From assembly GCA_963666285.1 (NCBI GenBank), contig OY762711.1: a DNA stretch of 64,000 nt; one strand, written 5' to 3'. This document shows positions 49,785 to 58,361 of this stretch, one piece after another. Position 1 is the first letter of the stretch. Every line of letters starts with the position of its first letter. The notes under the pieces were generated by a model. That model saw nothing but the letters and a program-made list of their open reading frames with translations, searched no databases and was not told the DNA's origin. The position numbers and the translations under genes were made by a program. The DNA is from Sedimentisphaerales bacterium (GTDB taxonomy: Bacteria > Planctomycetota > Phycisphaerae > Sedimentisphaerales > SM23-30).

Positions 49785-50426
49785 TCAATATAGAAGCCAG
49801 TCTGTAAGTTCTTTGAGCGAATCAACCATTTTGCAGCCGGCCTGACTGATTACATCTTTATTCTGGTGACCGCTTGTCAGCAATACACAGTCGACACCAA
49901 TTGCTTCTGCTACTTCATGATCATGCAGCGTATCGCCTACAAACAGCACCTTGTCAGGGGTGTGAGGCAGTTCTGTTATCCATTTTTTACCGTTTTCTAC
50001 CTTAGACCGTGCATAATAATCATCAAGTCCGATTATTTTCTCAAAAAAACTGGTTAGCCCAAAATGATCGATTGCCTCTTCCAGTCTCTGCTGGTGGTAG
50101 GCACTCAGAACCGAGTGTGTGTAACCGTTATTGGCTAATATTTTTAAGCTATCGGAACTGCCTTCGTGCAGCTTCATAACCGGTAATATGGCTAGATATT
50201 GCTCAATATAGTCATTTGCCATTTCTTCAAACGTGATTTTGCTAAAATCAAAGCCCAATGCTATATAAAAATTTATGACCGGGAAACAGGTTTCCTGGCG
50301 ATATCTTTCTATGCTTAAATGTCCTAAACCATGCTTTTGCATGAGGTTATCGACTACAGCGGCACAATCTGCAACATCGTCAAGCAAGGTACCGTTCCAG
50401 TCCCATATAATATGCTCGTATTTCAT
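49785..50426 (-). CDS. HAD-family hydrolase (phosphoglycolate phosphatase-like)
   Basis: WDWNGTLLDD motif I, VLSA, K, FVGDTLHD. Confidence 0.9.
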   Translation of the reverse strand: MKYEHIIWDWNGTLLDDVADCAAVVDNLMQKHGLGHLSIERYRQETCFPVINFYIALGFDFSKITFEEMANDYIEQYLAILPVMKLHEGSSDSLKILANNGYTHSVLSAYHQQRLEEAIDHFGLTSFFEKIIGLDDYYARSKVENGKKWITELPHTPDKVLFVGDTLHDHEVAEAIGVDCVLLTSGHQNKDVISQAGCKMVDSLKELTDWLLY

Positions 50427-50497
50427 AAATGTATTCTATAAAATTTACCGATAAAATCAATTACCGTAATTACTTATTTTTATTGGAGATGTGGTGA

Positions 50498-51106
50498 ATG
50501 ACTGATTATATTCCAGATTTTCTCGATGCATGTCAGGAAATTGACAGGCTGGGACTTTCTCTTTGCAGCAGTGGCAATCTCTCTTTCAGGGCCGCTGAAG
50601 ACATGGCACTTATTACCGGAACCGGTACATGGTTTGGCAAAATGTCCCCTGAAAAGATTTCTATATCCAGAATTTCAGATCAGGAACTAATTAACAATGT
50701 CAAACCTTCAGTTGAAAGCAGATTTCATCTGGGAATCTTAAACGATCAGCCTGAAATAAATGCTGTTTTACACTTCCAAAGCCCATATGCAACAGCAATT
50801 GCATGCGGAAAAACGCTTCCTGACAATTTTAATGTCATTTTGGAAGTACCATTCTATATTGGCGACCCGATCATGGTTGACTTTTTACCGCCCGGCAGCG
50901 AGGAGCTTGCAAATGCTGTCAGAGAAGCATCTTGTAAATCAGCTATGGTTATTATTCAAAATCATGGTATGGTTACTACTGGAAAAAGCTTAAGCGATGT
51001 AATCCAAAAAGCAGCTTTTTTCGAGCTGGCTTGTAGTGTACTGGTCAAGCAAGGTAATCCATCGTTTATCTCTCAGGAAATGGTAGCCCGTTTAGTTACG
51101 GCATAA
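50498..51106 (+). CDS. Class II aldolase/adducin family protein
   Basis: SSGNLS, KPSVESRFH, AVLHFQSPYAT, PGSEELA, QNHG. Confidence 0.88.
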   Translation: MTDYIPDFLDACQEIDRLGLSLCSSGNLSFRAAEDMALITGTGTWFGKMSPEKISISRISDQELINNVKPSVESRFHLGILNDQPEINAVLHFQSPYATAIACGKTLPDNFNVILEVPFYIGDPIMVDFLPPGSEELANAVREASCKSAMVIIQNHGMVTTGKSLSDVIQKAAFFELACSVLVKQGNPSFISQEMVARLVTA

Positions 51107-51125
51107 TAGATAATTTTATTGAAGA

Positions 51126-52079
51126 ATGAAGAAAGCCCGAAGACATCAATTGATTGTTAACCCTAAATCAGGTTCAAATTTAAGGGTTGATAGAATTAAG
51201 GACTTGAAAGAACACCTTGAAAGTATTGGAGATATTGTAGATATCCACCTGACTCGGTCACTTAACCACGCCTCTGAGCTTACAAAGGCAGCTGTTGAAG
51301 GTAATTATGACACTGTGATGATAGCGGGCGGAGATGGCAGCGTCAGGGTAGTGCTGGAAGCTGCCGCTGGCAGCAGGGTGCCGGTATTGATTATTCCTTC
51401 TGGAACTGAGAATTTATTAGCTTGTGAACTAGGACTTGATGGTACCCTGGCAAACAGTATTGCTGCTGTTGATCATGGTGTTGTTCGTGAAATAGACCTG
51501 GGAAAGGTTAATGGCAAGCATTTTATGGCAGTTATAGGTGTTGGTTTTGACGCCCAGGTAGTAAAATACGTGCATCAGAAACGCAACGGGCATATTACGC
51601 CTATGAATTATTTATGGCCGCTGGCAAGAACTTTCTGGTCGTATAAGTTCCATCCAATTAAGGTAGTTGCAGATGGCAGGCAAATATGTGATGACCCGGC
51701 TTTGGTGTTTGTAAGCAATATTGAGCGATATGCTATTGGATTAGGGATAGCACCTGGTGCTGATTGCAGTGATGGGTATCTGGATATAACTATATTTAAG
51801 TGTAAGTCTCGCTGCAGGTTGTTGTGGCAGTCCTGTTTAACTTCGCTCAGAATGGACCATAAAAGCTCTCAAGTGATAAGGCTGAAATGTCAAAATGTTG
51901 AGATTAGTTGTAATCACAGTGTACCCGTGCAACTGGATGGCGATGATGGGCCGGAATTACCTCTTAATATCTCGGTAGATCCGGCATATGCCCACATACT
52001 TACACCGCCGCCTCCGCCAGGACAGGAATTCCACCCTCCGGTTAGTTTTTACCATATTAAACGGTGGGTATTTAGATAA
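51126..52079 (+). CDS. Diacylglycerol kinase family protein (YegS/DgkB-like)
   Basis: IVNPKSG, AGGDGS, IIPSGTENLLA, IDLG, GVGFDA, QLDGD. Confidence 0.9.
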   Translation: MKKARRHQLIVNPKSGSNLRVDRIKDLKEHLESIGDIVDIHLTRSLNHASELTKAAVEGNYDTVMIAGGDGSVRVVLEAAAGSRVPVLIIPSGTENLLACELGLDGTLANSIAAVDHGVVREIDLGKVNGKHFMAVIGVGFDAQVVKYVHQKRNGHITPMNYLWPLARTFWSYKFHPIKVVADGRQICDDPALVFVSNIERYAIGLGIAPGADCSDGYLDITIFKCKSRCRLLWQSCLTSLRMDHKSSQVIRLKCQNVEISCNHSVPVQLDGDDGPELPLNISVDPAYAHILTPPPPPGQEFHPPVSFYHIKRWVFR

Positions 52080-52086
52080 CATTTTA

Positions 52087-52246
52087 GGCAACCTCTGAAA
52101 ATTCATTTTGAGTGACAAGTTTTTCTTTTACTTGCTGACATGCGTCACATAAAACAGTGAATATAGCCAATATGCACGATTTTATGTTCCTTGTCAGCAA
52201 CCAAAATCTTAAACTATCGCATCAAAAGCAATTTCCAGAGGTCACC
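52087..52246. mobile_element. 160-bp palindromic MITE-like element
   Basis: Ends GGCAACCTCTGAAAATT / AATTTCCAGAGGTCACC; inner arms TTGCTGACA/TGTCAGCAA and ACATAAAA/TTTTATGT; TTA on both flanks (52084-86, 52247-49); non-coding. Confidence 0.7.
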
Positions 52247-52314
52247 TTAAGTTTTTTTGTCAAATATTGCATTAAACTATTTTATATTGAATAATTATTA
52301 TTTCGGAGATAAAT

Positions 52315-53193
52315 ATGAAAGGTATCATTTTGGCAGGTGGAAGCGGGACAAGGCTTCATCCAATGACAAGAAGTGTCAGTAAGCAAATATTACCCATTTA
52401 CGACAAACCAATGATTTATTACCCATTAAGTGTTTTAATGCTTTCAGGTATTCGTGAAATTCTGATAATTTCTACTCCGAGATATCTGCCAACATTTAGA
52501 GACTTATTAGGTGATGGCAGCCAGTGGGGGATTTCACTGGAATATGCAGAGCAGCCAGAACCGGAAGGTCTTGCTCAAGCCTTCATTATTGGAAAAGATT
52601 TCATTAATGGTGGTGCAGCGTCACTTATTCTTGGTGATAACATTTTTTATGGTCATGGACTGGCCAAATCATTAACTGAGTCTGCAAAAATAACTTCTGG
52701 TGCCAGAATATATGGATATTGGGTACGAGATCCTGAGCGATATGGTGTAATTGAGTTTGATAAGACAGGTAATGTGTTAAGCGTCGAAGAAAAGCCGCAA
52801 AAGCCTAAGAGCAATTATGCTGCAGTAGGCTTATATTATTATGATAACAAAATTACTGATATTGCAGCTGATATAAAACCATCTGCTAGGGGAGAGCTTG
52901 AAATTACTGATGTAAATAAGAAATACCTGGAGCTGGGAGAACTTTCTGTAGGGCTATTAGGCCGCGGTACAGCATGGTTAGATACAGGAACTCCGGAATC
53001 TATGCTTCAGGCTTCTAATTTTGTATATACTGTTCAGCAAAGGCAGGGCTTGATGATTTGCTGTCCGGAAGAAGTAGCATATACGCTTGGGTATATAGAC
53101 CAGGAGCAGGTGTTGAAATTAGCAGATCCTCTTAAAAAGAACCATTATGGACAATATTTATATAGCCTTGTAAAAGAAGGTATTCATTTATAG
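52315..53193 (+). CDS. rfbA: Glucose-1-phosphate thymidylyltransferase
   Basis: [72 protein letters not shown]. Confidence 0.97.
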   Translation: MKGIILAGGSGTRLHPMTRSVSKQILPIYDKPMIYYPLSVLMLSGIREILIISTPRYLPTFRDLLGDGSQWGISLEYAEQPEPEGLAQAFIIGKDFINGGAASLILGDNIFYGHGLAKSLTESAKITSGARIYGYWVRDPERYGVIEFDKTGNVLSVEEKPQKPKSNYAAVGLYYYDNKITDIAADIKPSARGELEITDVNKKYLELGELSVGLLGRGTAWLDTGTPESMLQASNFVYTVQQRQGLMICCPEEVAYTLGYIDQEQVLKLADPLKKNHYGQYLYSLVKEGIHL

Positions 53194-53432
53194 GACATTG
53201 GCAGGGGAAGATTGAGAAATCCTTGTTTTCAGCATTAAAATCGAGGTTAGTGCATTTAGCAACTAAGCTTATCAATACTGGTAAGCCTGCCATGGCATGA
53301 ACAGGTGTTTTTTAGTGTATAATTCCAGGCTAAATATATCCTGAATATTAATCATATATACCGACATTATTTTTAACGTAAAACTTGCAAAAGGGCTGAG
53401 ATTTCAGTCCAAACGTCTAGCGAGGACTTGAT

Positions 53433-53633
53433 ATGTTTTACTACATGGTATGTTGGTTGTTTGTGCTTTTATTTCTAGTTTTCGTAGAATTTAGTCGTGA
53501 ATTAGTATTTTCTTCGAATTTTGACGAATTCAAGGAGCCTGAAAAAACAGATTCATTTCAGGAGTATGTGATTGAAGTGGACTGTTGGGAGAGGCCGCCT
53601 CCAGGCGTTTCATGCTTTTTAAGTAGAAAATAG
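53433..53633 (+). CDS. Small hypothetical membrane protein with C-terminal RPPP motif
   Basis: GAGGA RBS, hydrophobic N-terminus, CWERPPPG near the C-terminus, terminator downstream. Confidence 0.5.
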   Translation: MFYYMVCWLFVLLFLVFVEFSRELVFSSNFDEFKEPEKTDSFQEYVIEVDCWERPPPGVSCFLSRK

Positions 53634-53675
53634 CATAAAATCTCTAATAATTTTAAATTTAAACAATAATATTAC

Positions 53676-53699
53676 AGGCGGCAAATTGCCGCCTTTTTT
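53676..53699 (+). terminator. Rho-independent terminator
   Basis: AGGCGGCA-aat-TGCCGCCT followed by a T-run. Confidence 0.75.
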
Positions 53700-53743
53700 C
53701 ATTTTTACGTTCTATATATAAATTTTTGGATTGTAAAACTATT

Positions 53744-53772
53744 TTGAAAATTAGACGTAATTATTATATAAT
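53744..53772 (+). promoter_or_regulatory. Putative sigma70 promoter of the His-rich membrane protein gene
   Basis: TTGAAA-N17-TATAAT. Confidence 0.55.
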
Positions 53773-53816
53773 CCACTATTTGTATCAGATTAAGATTGAA
53801 TTGGAGAATAATATAT

Positions 53817-54692
53817 ATGCAGTTAGGAAAACGATTTAAGCATATTTGGGATGAGATGCTATGCCATTTACCATTTACCGCAGGCGGAGCTGCAATAGGT
53901 ATAGCTTTTATGTTAATGTTCAGAAATATGGGAACAGATACCGGTAAGGTTTTATTTCAGATATTTCACCCTGGCCATGTATTACTTTCAGCTATGGTCA
54001 CTTCATCGCTTTTTCTACTACATACCAAAAAGAAAAACATATTAGTTATTATACTTATAGGTTATCTTGGTTCTGTCGGAATTGCAACTTTGAGCGACTG
54101 CATAATACCATTTTTTGGTGAAGAAATACTTGGTGCCAGCATTCCTTCTCATGCCGCATTGCATGTAAATGACGCAGAAGCGGACAGCCATATTCACTCA
54201 GGAAATGAACATGAGCCTGCAGAAAGTGCCCATGAAGATGAGAGTCACTCCGAAGATAAAGCTCACGTAGATGAAGATTCTGAGCATATACATGATGAGA
54301 ATTGTGAGCATCATCACGAACATGGATTACACCTTGGATTTATTGAGCACTGGTACATAGTAAATCCAGCTGCGTTTCTAGGGATTCTTATAGCCTGGTG
54401 TATTCCCAGCAGCAGATTTCCTCATGGTATTCATGTCTTAATTAGTACCTGGGCGTCTTCATCGCATATGTTAATGAACACTACAGCAGATATGACAGCT
54501 TCTCTTATGGCAGGGATGTTTATAGTATTGATGTTAGCTGTTTGGCTGCCATGTTGTGTAAGCGATATATTATTTCCTCTATTATTTGTGAAAGGTGATA
54601 TTGGTGTAGCTTGCAGGTGTTCTGGTTCACACCATCATGACCATAATCATGAGGAAAACGACGGTTCCAACTCAAACCCCAATATAGATTGA
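53817..54692 (+). CDS. Polytopic membrane protein with His/acidic-rich loop (putative metal-handling protein)
   Basis: GGAG RBS before ATG 53817; ~6 TMs; loop HIHSGNEHEPAESAHEDESHSEDKAHVDEDSEHIHDENCEHHHEHGLH; WLPCCVSD; C-terminal CRCSGSHHHDHNH. Confidence 0.7.
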   Translation: MQLGKRFKHIWDEMLCHLPFTAGGAAIGIAFMLMFRNMGTDTGKVLFQIFHPGHVLLSAMVTSSLFLLHTKKKNILVIILIGYLGSVGIATLSDCIIPFFGEEILGASIPSHAALHVNDAEADSHIHSGNEHEPAESAHEDESHSEDKAHVDEDSEHIHDENCEHHHEHGLHLGFIEHWYIVNPAAFLGILIAWCIPSSRFPHGIHVLISTWASSSHMLMNTTADMTASLMAGMFIVLMLAVWLPCCVSDILFPLLFVKGDIGVACRCSGSHHHDHNHEENDGSNSNPNID

Positions 54693-54698
54693 TTTTAT

Positions 54699-54741
54699 AA
54701 AAAAAAGTAGGCATGTTCGGAAAGGAGAAACGAACATGCCT
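54699..54741 (-). terminator. Terminator oriented on the minus strand
   Basis: Perfect 11-bp stem AGGCATGTTCG/CGAACATGCCT; the 8-nt A-run is on the left side, so the U-tail exists only for a minus-strand transcript. Confidence 0.65.
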
Positions 54742-54893
54742 GTATAAAAATGAGAAGAATGTGGACTAATTGAATAATTGATATTACATCTCAACTCCTG
54801 ATCTATCCTGTTGTACTCAAATTCTAGTTTTTGCCATAAGTTTCCCTAAATTCTCATTACTGTTATATTATAGTATTGTTAATACTAAATGTG
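54699..54893 (-). ncRNA. Candidate small RNA (~160-195 nt)
   Basis: Minus-strand promoter elements (TAAC-N16-ACCGATAA; TATAAT at 54872-54867), no substantial ORF, GGA motifs and a minus-strand terminator. Confidence 0.4.
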
Positions 54894-54956
54894 TATATAT
54901 TATCGGTTTTACGTAAGTTGGAAGTTAAGCGACATGTGGGATTCCTTTTATAACGA

Positions 54957-54985
54957 TTGACAAATAAAGCACTTTCTGGTAATTT
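54957..54985 (+). promoter_or_regulatory. Putative sigma70 promoter of the SH3 protein gene
   Basis: TTGACA-N17-TAATTT with TG extension. Confidence 0.5.
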
Positions 54986-55039
54986 ATTTTATTACTTTAA
55001 GAAAGAAAAACAATATTGATTACGACTGGAGATAACAGT

Positions 55040-56407
55040 ATGAAGATTTCTAAAGCATTGTTTTATATAGGTTTGTGTTCTGTCTTGTTGTTCACAAGCA
55101 CCACATTTGCAGCAAATGACAGTCAGGGTGATTCTGCTGGTTTTGTTACAGAAAATAATCCTCAAAATAATCTTAATGAGTCAGAGCCTGTTTGGGGTAA
55201 CTCTACCTCTGTTAACAATATGCCTGTTAATTCTAATATAACAAGTGATTTCCCCTATATTGGAGTTATAACTTCAGAAAGTGTATATGTTCGTTCTGGT
55301 CCAGCTACTCCATATTATCCTGTTGGCAAACTCACAAAAGGCCAGGAGGTTATAGTCACACAAATACGGCCTGGAAAAAGAAGCTGGGCCCGGGTTGAGC
55401 CGGTTCCCGGTAGTTTTGCCTATATTTCGTGCGAATTTGTTAAGATACTTGATACAATTGACAGCAATAATATGGAATTAACAGATTCAGATGAAAATAT
55501 CGATGAATCAACTCCAAATGAAACTGATGAAGAAGCAGATGTAACTGACGACAATGAACAAGTCGGATTACTTGGCAAAGAACTGCTGACAGGGATTGTT
55601 ACCGGTGACAACGTTCGAATTCGTGCCGGCAGCATTGACATTTCCCCGACAAATGCAAACCGTGTTCTTATGCTGGCAAAAAAAGGTCAGGAAGTAAAAG
55701 TAATTGGTAAGAGGGATGAGTTTTATAAGATCGTTCCGCCAAGAGGAAGTTATTTCTGGGTAGCAGCAGATTATATAAAAAGAAGTGATAAGACATCCCT
55801 GGATTATGTGAATGAGGTTAGAAATCAAAATAGTGAGCTAATTGCAAATGTTACTTCTTCTGATGAATTAAAATCTCAGTATGTTCAGTTGAGAGATGTA
55901 CTAAACGAGTATGAAGCTGTTCAAAAAATGCCTTTGATGGATCGTGATTATGCCACATTAAGGTTGCATGTCGAAAAACTCGGCAAAGAAACTGATTCAG
56001 AAACGGTTAAAAGTACTGCAGAAATGCTACTAAAGACTATTCTTAAAGGAGAAACAGCACAGAAACAGCTTTTAGCTTCAATTGCGCAGGATAAGCAGAT
56101 TGAAGAAGCCATGTTGAAAATAGATCAGGCCGTTGATAAAGCTTTGCGAGAAAATACTCCTGCTGATGATTCGCCCGACATAATAGTTGTTAAAGGTAAA
56201 TTAGCAAAATCTGCAGTATTTACAACAGGCGTAACTAAAAGATACTTACTTTTGGATAATGCAGGATTGATAAGTTATTATGTATCTGGTGATGACCTGG
56301 AAAAATATGTTGGCCGACAGATATCAGTAAGCGGACCATCTAGCTTTGATCCATCAACTCAAACTAAATTTATTGAAGCAAGTCGAGTGATCGTAATAGA
56401 AGAATAG
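55040..56407 (+). CDS. Secreted protein with two bacterial SH3-like domains
   Basis: GGAG RBS before ATG 55040; signal peptide; GVITSESVYVRSGP...LTKGQEV...WARV...YIS and GIVTGDNVRIRAG...KGQEVKV...FYKI...WVAADYI; coiled region; OB-like C-terminus. Confidence 0.75.
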   Translation: MKISKALFYIGLCSVLLFTSTTFAANDSQGDSAGFVTENNPQNNLNESEPVWGNSTSVNNMPVNSNITSDFPYIGVITSESVYVRSGPATPYYPVGKLTKGQEVIVTQIRPGKRSWARVEPVPGSFAYISCEFVKILDTIDSNNMELTDSDENIDESTPNETDEEADVTDDNEQVGLLGKELLTGIVTGDNVRIRAGSIDISPTNANRVLMLAKKGQEVKVIGKRDEFYKIVPPRGSYFWVAADYIKRSDKTSLDYVNEVRNQNSELIANVTSSDELKSQYVQLRDVLNEYEAVQKMPLMDRDYATLRLHVEKLGKETDSETVKSTAEMLLKTILKGETAQKQLLASIAQDKQIEEAMLKIDQAVDKALRENTPADDSPDIIVVKGKLAKSAVFTTGVTKRYLLLDNAGLISYYVSGDDLEKYVGRQISVSGPSSFDPSTQTKFIEASRVIVIEE

Positions 56408-56470
56408 CATCTATGATCATGAAATTAGAATCCGGCATAGTTACAAAAAATACAGTCGGGATATAACATT

Positions 56471-57421
56471 ATGACGCAAAAAACAGGCATCACTTATAAT
56501 AAGAAGCTTATACCGCTTCGAGAAAATCTGTCTAAAGTAATAATTGGTAAAGATCAATGTGTAGACGCTATGATTATAGCTATATTAGCCGGAGGTTCGG
56601 TTTTACTGGAAGATATTCCGGGTGTTGGTAAAACAACATTAGCCAGGGCTGTAGCGAGAAGTATATCTGCTCACTTCAGTCGGGTGCAATTTACCCCGGA
56701 TCTTTTACCTGCTGATATCTTAGGTTCATCTATATATAACCCTGTAAGTGGTGAATTTAAGTTTCATCAAGGTCCTATTTTTTGCAACCTTATGCTGGCT
56801 GATGAGATAAACAGGGCGTCACCCAGAACCCAATCTGCGCTGCTTGAAGCAATGAATGAGCAACAGGCGACAATTGAAGGCACAAGTTACGTGTTGCCAA
56901 AGCCATATATGGTCGTTGCAACTCAAAATCCAATCGATTTTCATGGTACATACCCTTTGCCGGAAGCTCAATTAGACAGGTTTTTAATCATGTTGGATAT
57001 GGGATATCCTGATCCTGAACTTGAGGTTAATATTTTGCAATCTCGACGCGAGATAGATCCGCTTGATGGTCTTGAACCAGTTTTGTCTGGTGAAGAGATA
57101 TGTCAAATTCAGCATTCAGTTAAGTTAATCCATTGCGATGAAGGTATTTTAAGATATATTGTTGATATTGCTGCTCGTACAAGAAATGATGCAAGGCTTA
57201 GGCTGGGTGTTAGTCCCAGGGGGACATTAATGTTATTCAAGGCCGCCCAGGCAGCTGCCTATTATTTTAATAGAGACTATGTTATACCAGACGATGTAAA
57301 ATGGGTTGCCGGTCATGTTTTATCACATAGAATAGTATTAACTGCCGGTACCAAATATGAAGGTATATCTCGTCAGGATATAATAAACGAAGTAATAACC
57401 AAAATTAAAGTACCAGTTTAA
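56471..57421 (+). CDS. moxR: MoxR-family AAA+ ATPase (second paralog)
   Basis: LLEDIPGVGKTT, RVQFTPDLLPAD, LADEINRASPRTQSALLEAM, ATQNP..HGTYPLPEAQLDRF, GVSPRG. Confidence 0.95.
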   Translation: MTQKTGITYNKKLIPLRENLSKVIIGKDQCVDAMIIAILAGGSVLLEDIPGVGKTTLARAVARSISAHFSRVQFTPDLLPADILGSSIYNPVSGEFKFHQGPIFCNLMLADEINRASPRTQSALLEAMNEQQATIEGTSYVLPKPYMVVATQNPIDFHGTYPLPEAQLDRFLIMLDMGYPDPELEVNILQSRREIDPLDGLEPVLSGEEICQIQHSVKLIHCDEGILRYIVDIAARTRNDARLRLGVSPRGTLMLFKAAQAAAYYFNRDYVIPDDVKWVAGHVLSHRIVLTAGTKYEGISRQDIINEVITKIKVPV

Positions 57422-57441
57422 TTTAATAACTGGTTATATTT

Positions 57442-58335
57442 ATGCTGACAAAAGCTGATAAAATCCTATTGGACGGTATTCGATCCGGTGATGCAGAAGT
57501 ATGGGGAGTATTTGTTAACAGGTTCCAGGGAAGACTTACTTCTTTTGCCATGAGAGCATTAAACGGCAAGCTTTCTGATGCGGAAGATTTAGTGCAGGAA
57601 ACTTTTATAGCTTGTATAAAAAGTCTAAATAGTTTTGAAGGTAAAGTATCGCTTGAGAGTTGGGTATTTATGATACTTCGCAGGCGATTGATCGACCAGT
57701 ATCGCAAGCATGCTTCTTCAAAGATATGTTCGATTAACGACCTGGCTGCCAAGGAAGATGATAGCAATTTCAACTATGAAACATTAGGGGCCGGCGATAA
57801 TATGACAGCTAGTCGCTATGTATCTAATGATGAAGTCTTTTGTGAACTTAAAGGAATGCTTGCTGCTGCCTTGAGAGAGATAACAGACAGGTCTAAAAAG
57901 AAAAATAACTTTCGAGACATAAAAATAATTGAACTTGCATTTTATGCGGGGCTGGGAAACAAAAGTATTGCAAGCTGTATAAATGAAGACCCCAAAACAG
58001 TAGGGTTGGTAAAGCACAGATGCCTCGAGAAACTCAAGGAGTCTTTAGCTGGAAAAGTTGAAATAAACGCAGATAATAATATTGATGGTATGTTAGTTGA
58101 GATTTGGCAGGAACAAAGGTTTACATGCCCTAAACGATCAACAATTGGCAGCTGGAGACTGGGTTCTTTGGATGAAGAGTGGGCGGGATATGTTGACTTT
58201 CACATTAATAATCTAGGATGCAATATATGTTTGGCCAACCTGGAAGATCTCGATAATGAATTGAACAAAAAGGCAGAATATGAATCTGTATGCCAGAGAA
58301 TATTCGAATCTTCTATTGGATTTCTAAAGAGTTGA
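57442..58335 (+). CDS. ECF sigma factor with fused C-terminal zinc-finger (anti-sigma-like) extension
   Basis: Region 2 GDAEVW..FVNRFQGRL...DAEDLVQETF...LESWVFMILRRRLID; region 4 FYAGLGNKSIA; C-terminal TCPKRSTIG...DFHINNLGCNICLANL. Confidence 0.82.
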   Translation: MLTKADKILLDGIRSGDAEVWGVFVNRFQGRLTSFAMRALNGKLSDAEDLVQETFIACIKSLNSFEGKVSLESWVFMILRRRLIDQYRKHASSKICSINDLAAKEDDSNFNYETLGAGDNMTASRYVSNDEVFCELKGMLAAALREITDRSKKKNNFRDIKIIELAFYAGLGNKSIASCINEDPKTVGLVKHRCLEKLKESLAGKVEINADNNIDGMLVEIWQEQRFTCPKRSTIGSWRLGSLDEEWAGYVDFHINNLGCNICLANLEDLDNELNKKAEYESVCQRIFESSIGFLKS

Positions 58336-58361
58336 GAGCGTAATAACTATAAAAATCAATA

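Noticed and set aside
52315..53193. rfbA as the start of an O-antigen/rhamnose cluster
   Set aside because: No rfbB/C/D or glycosyltransferase genes are adjacent; it is a stand-alone gene here.
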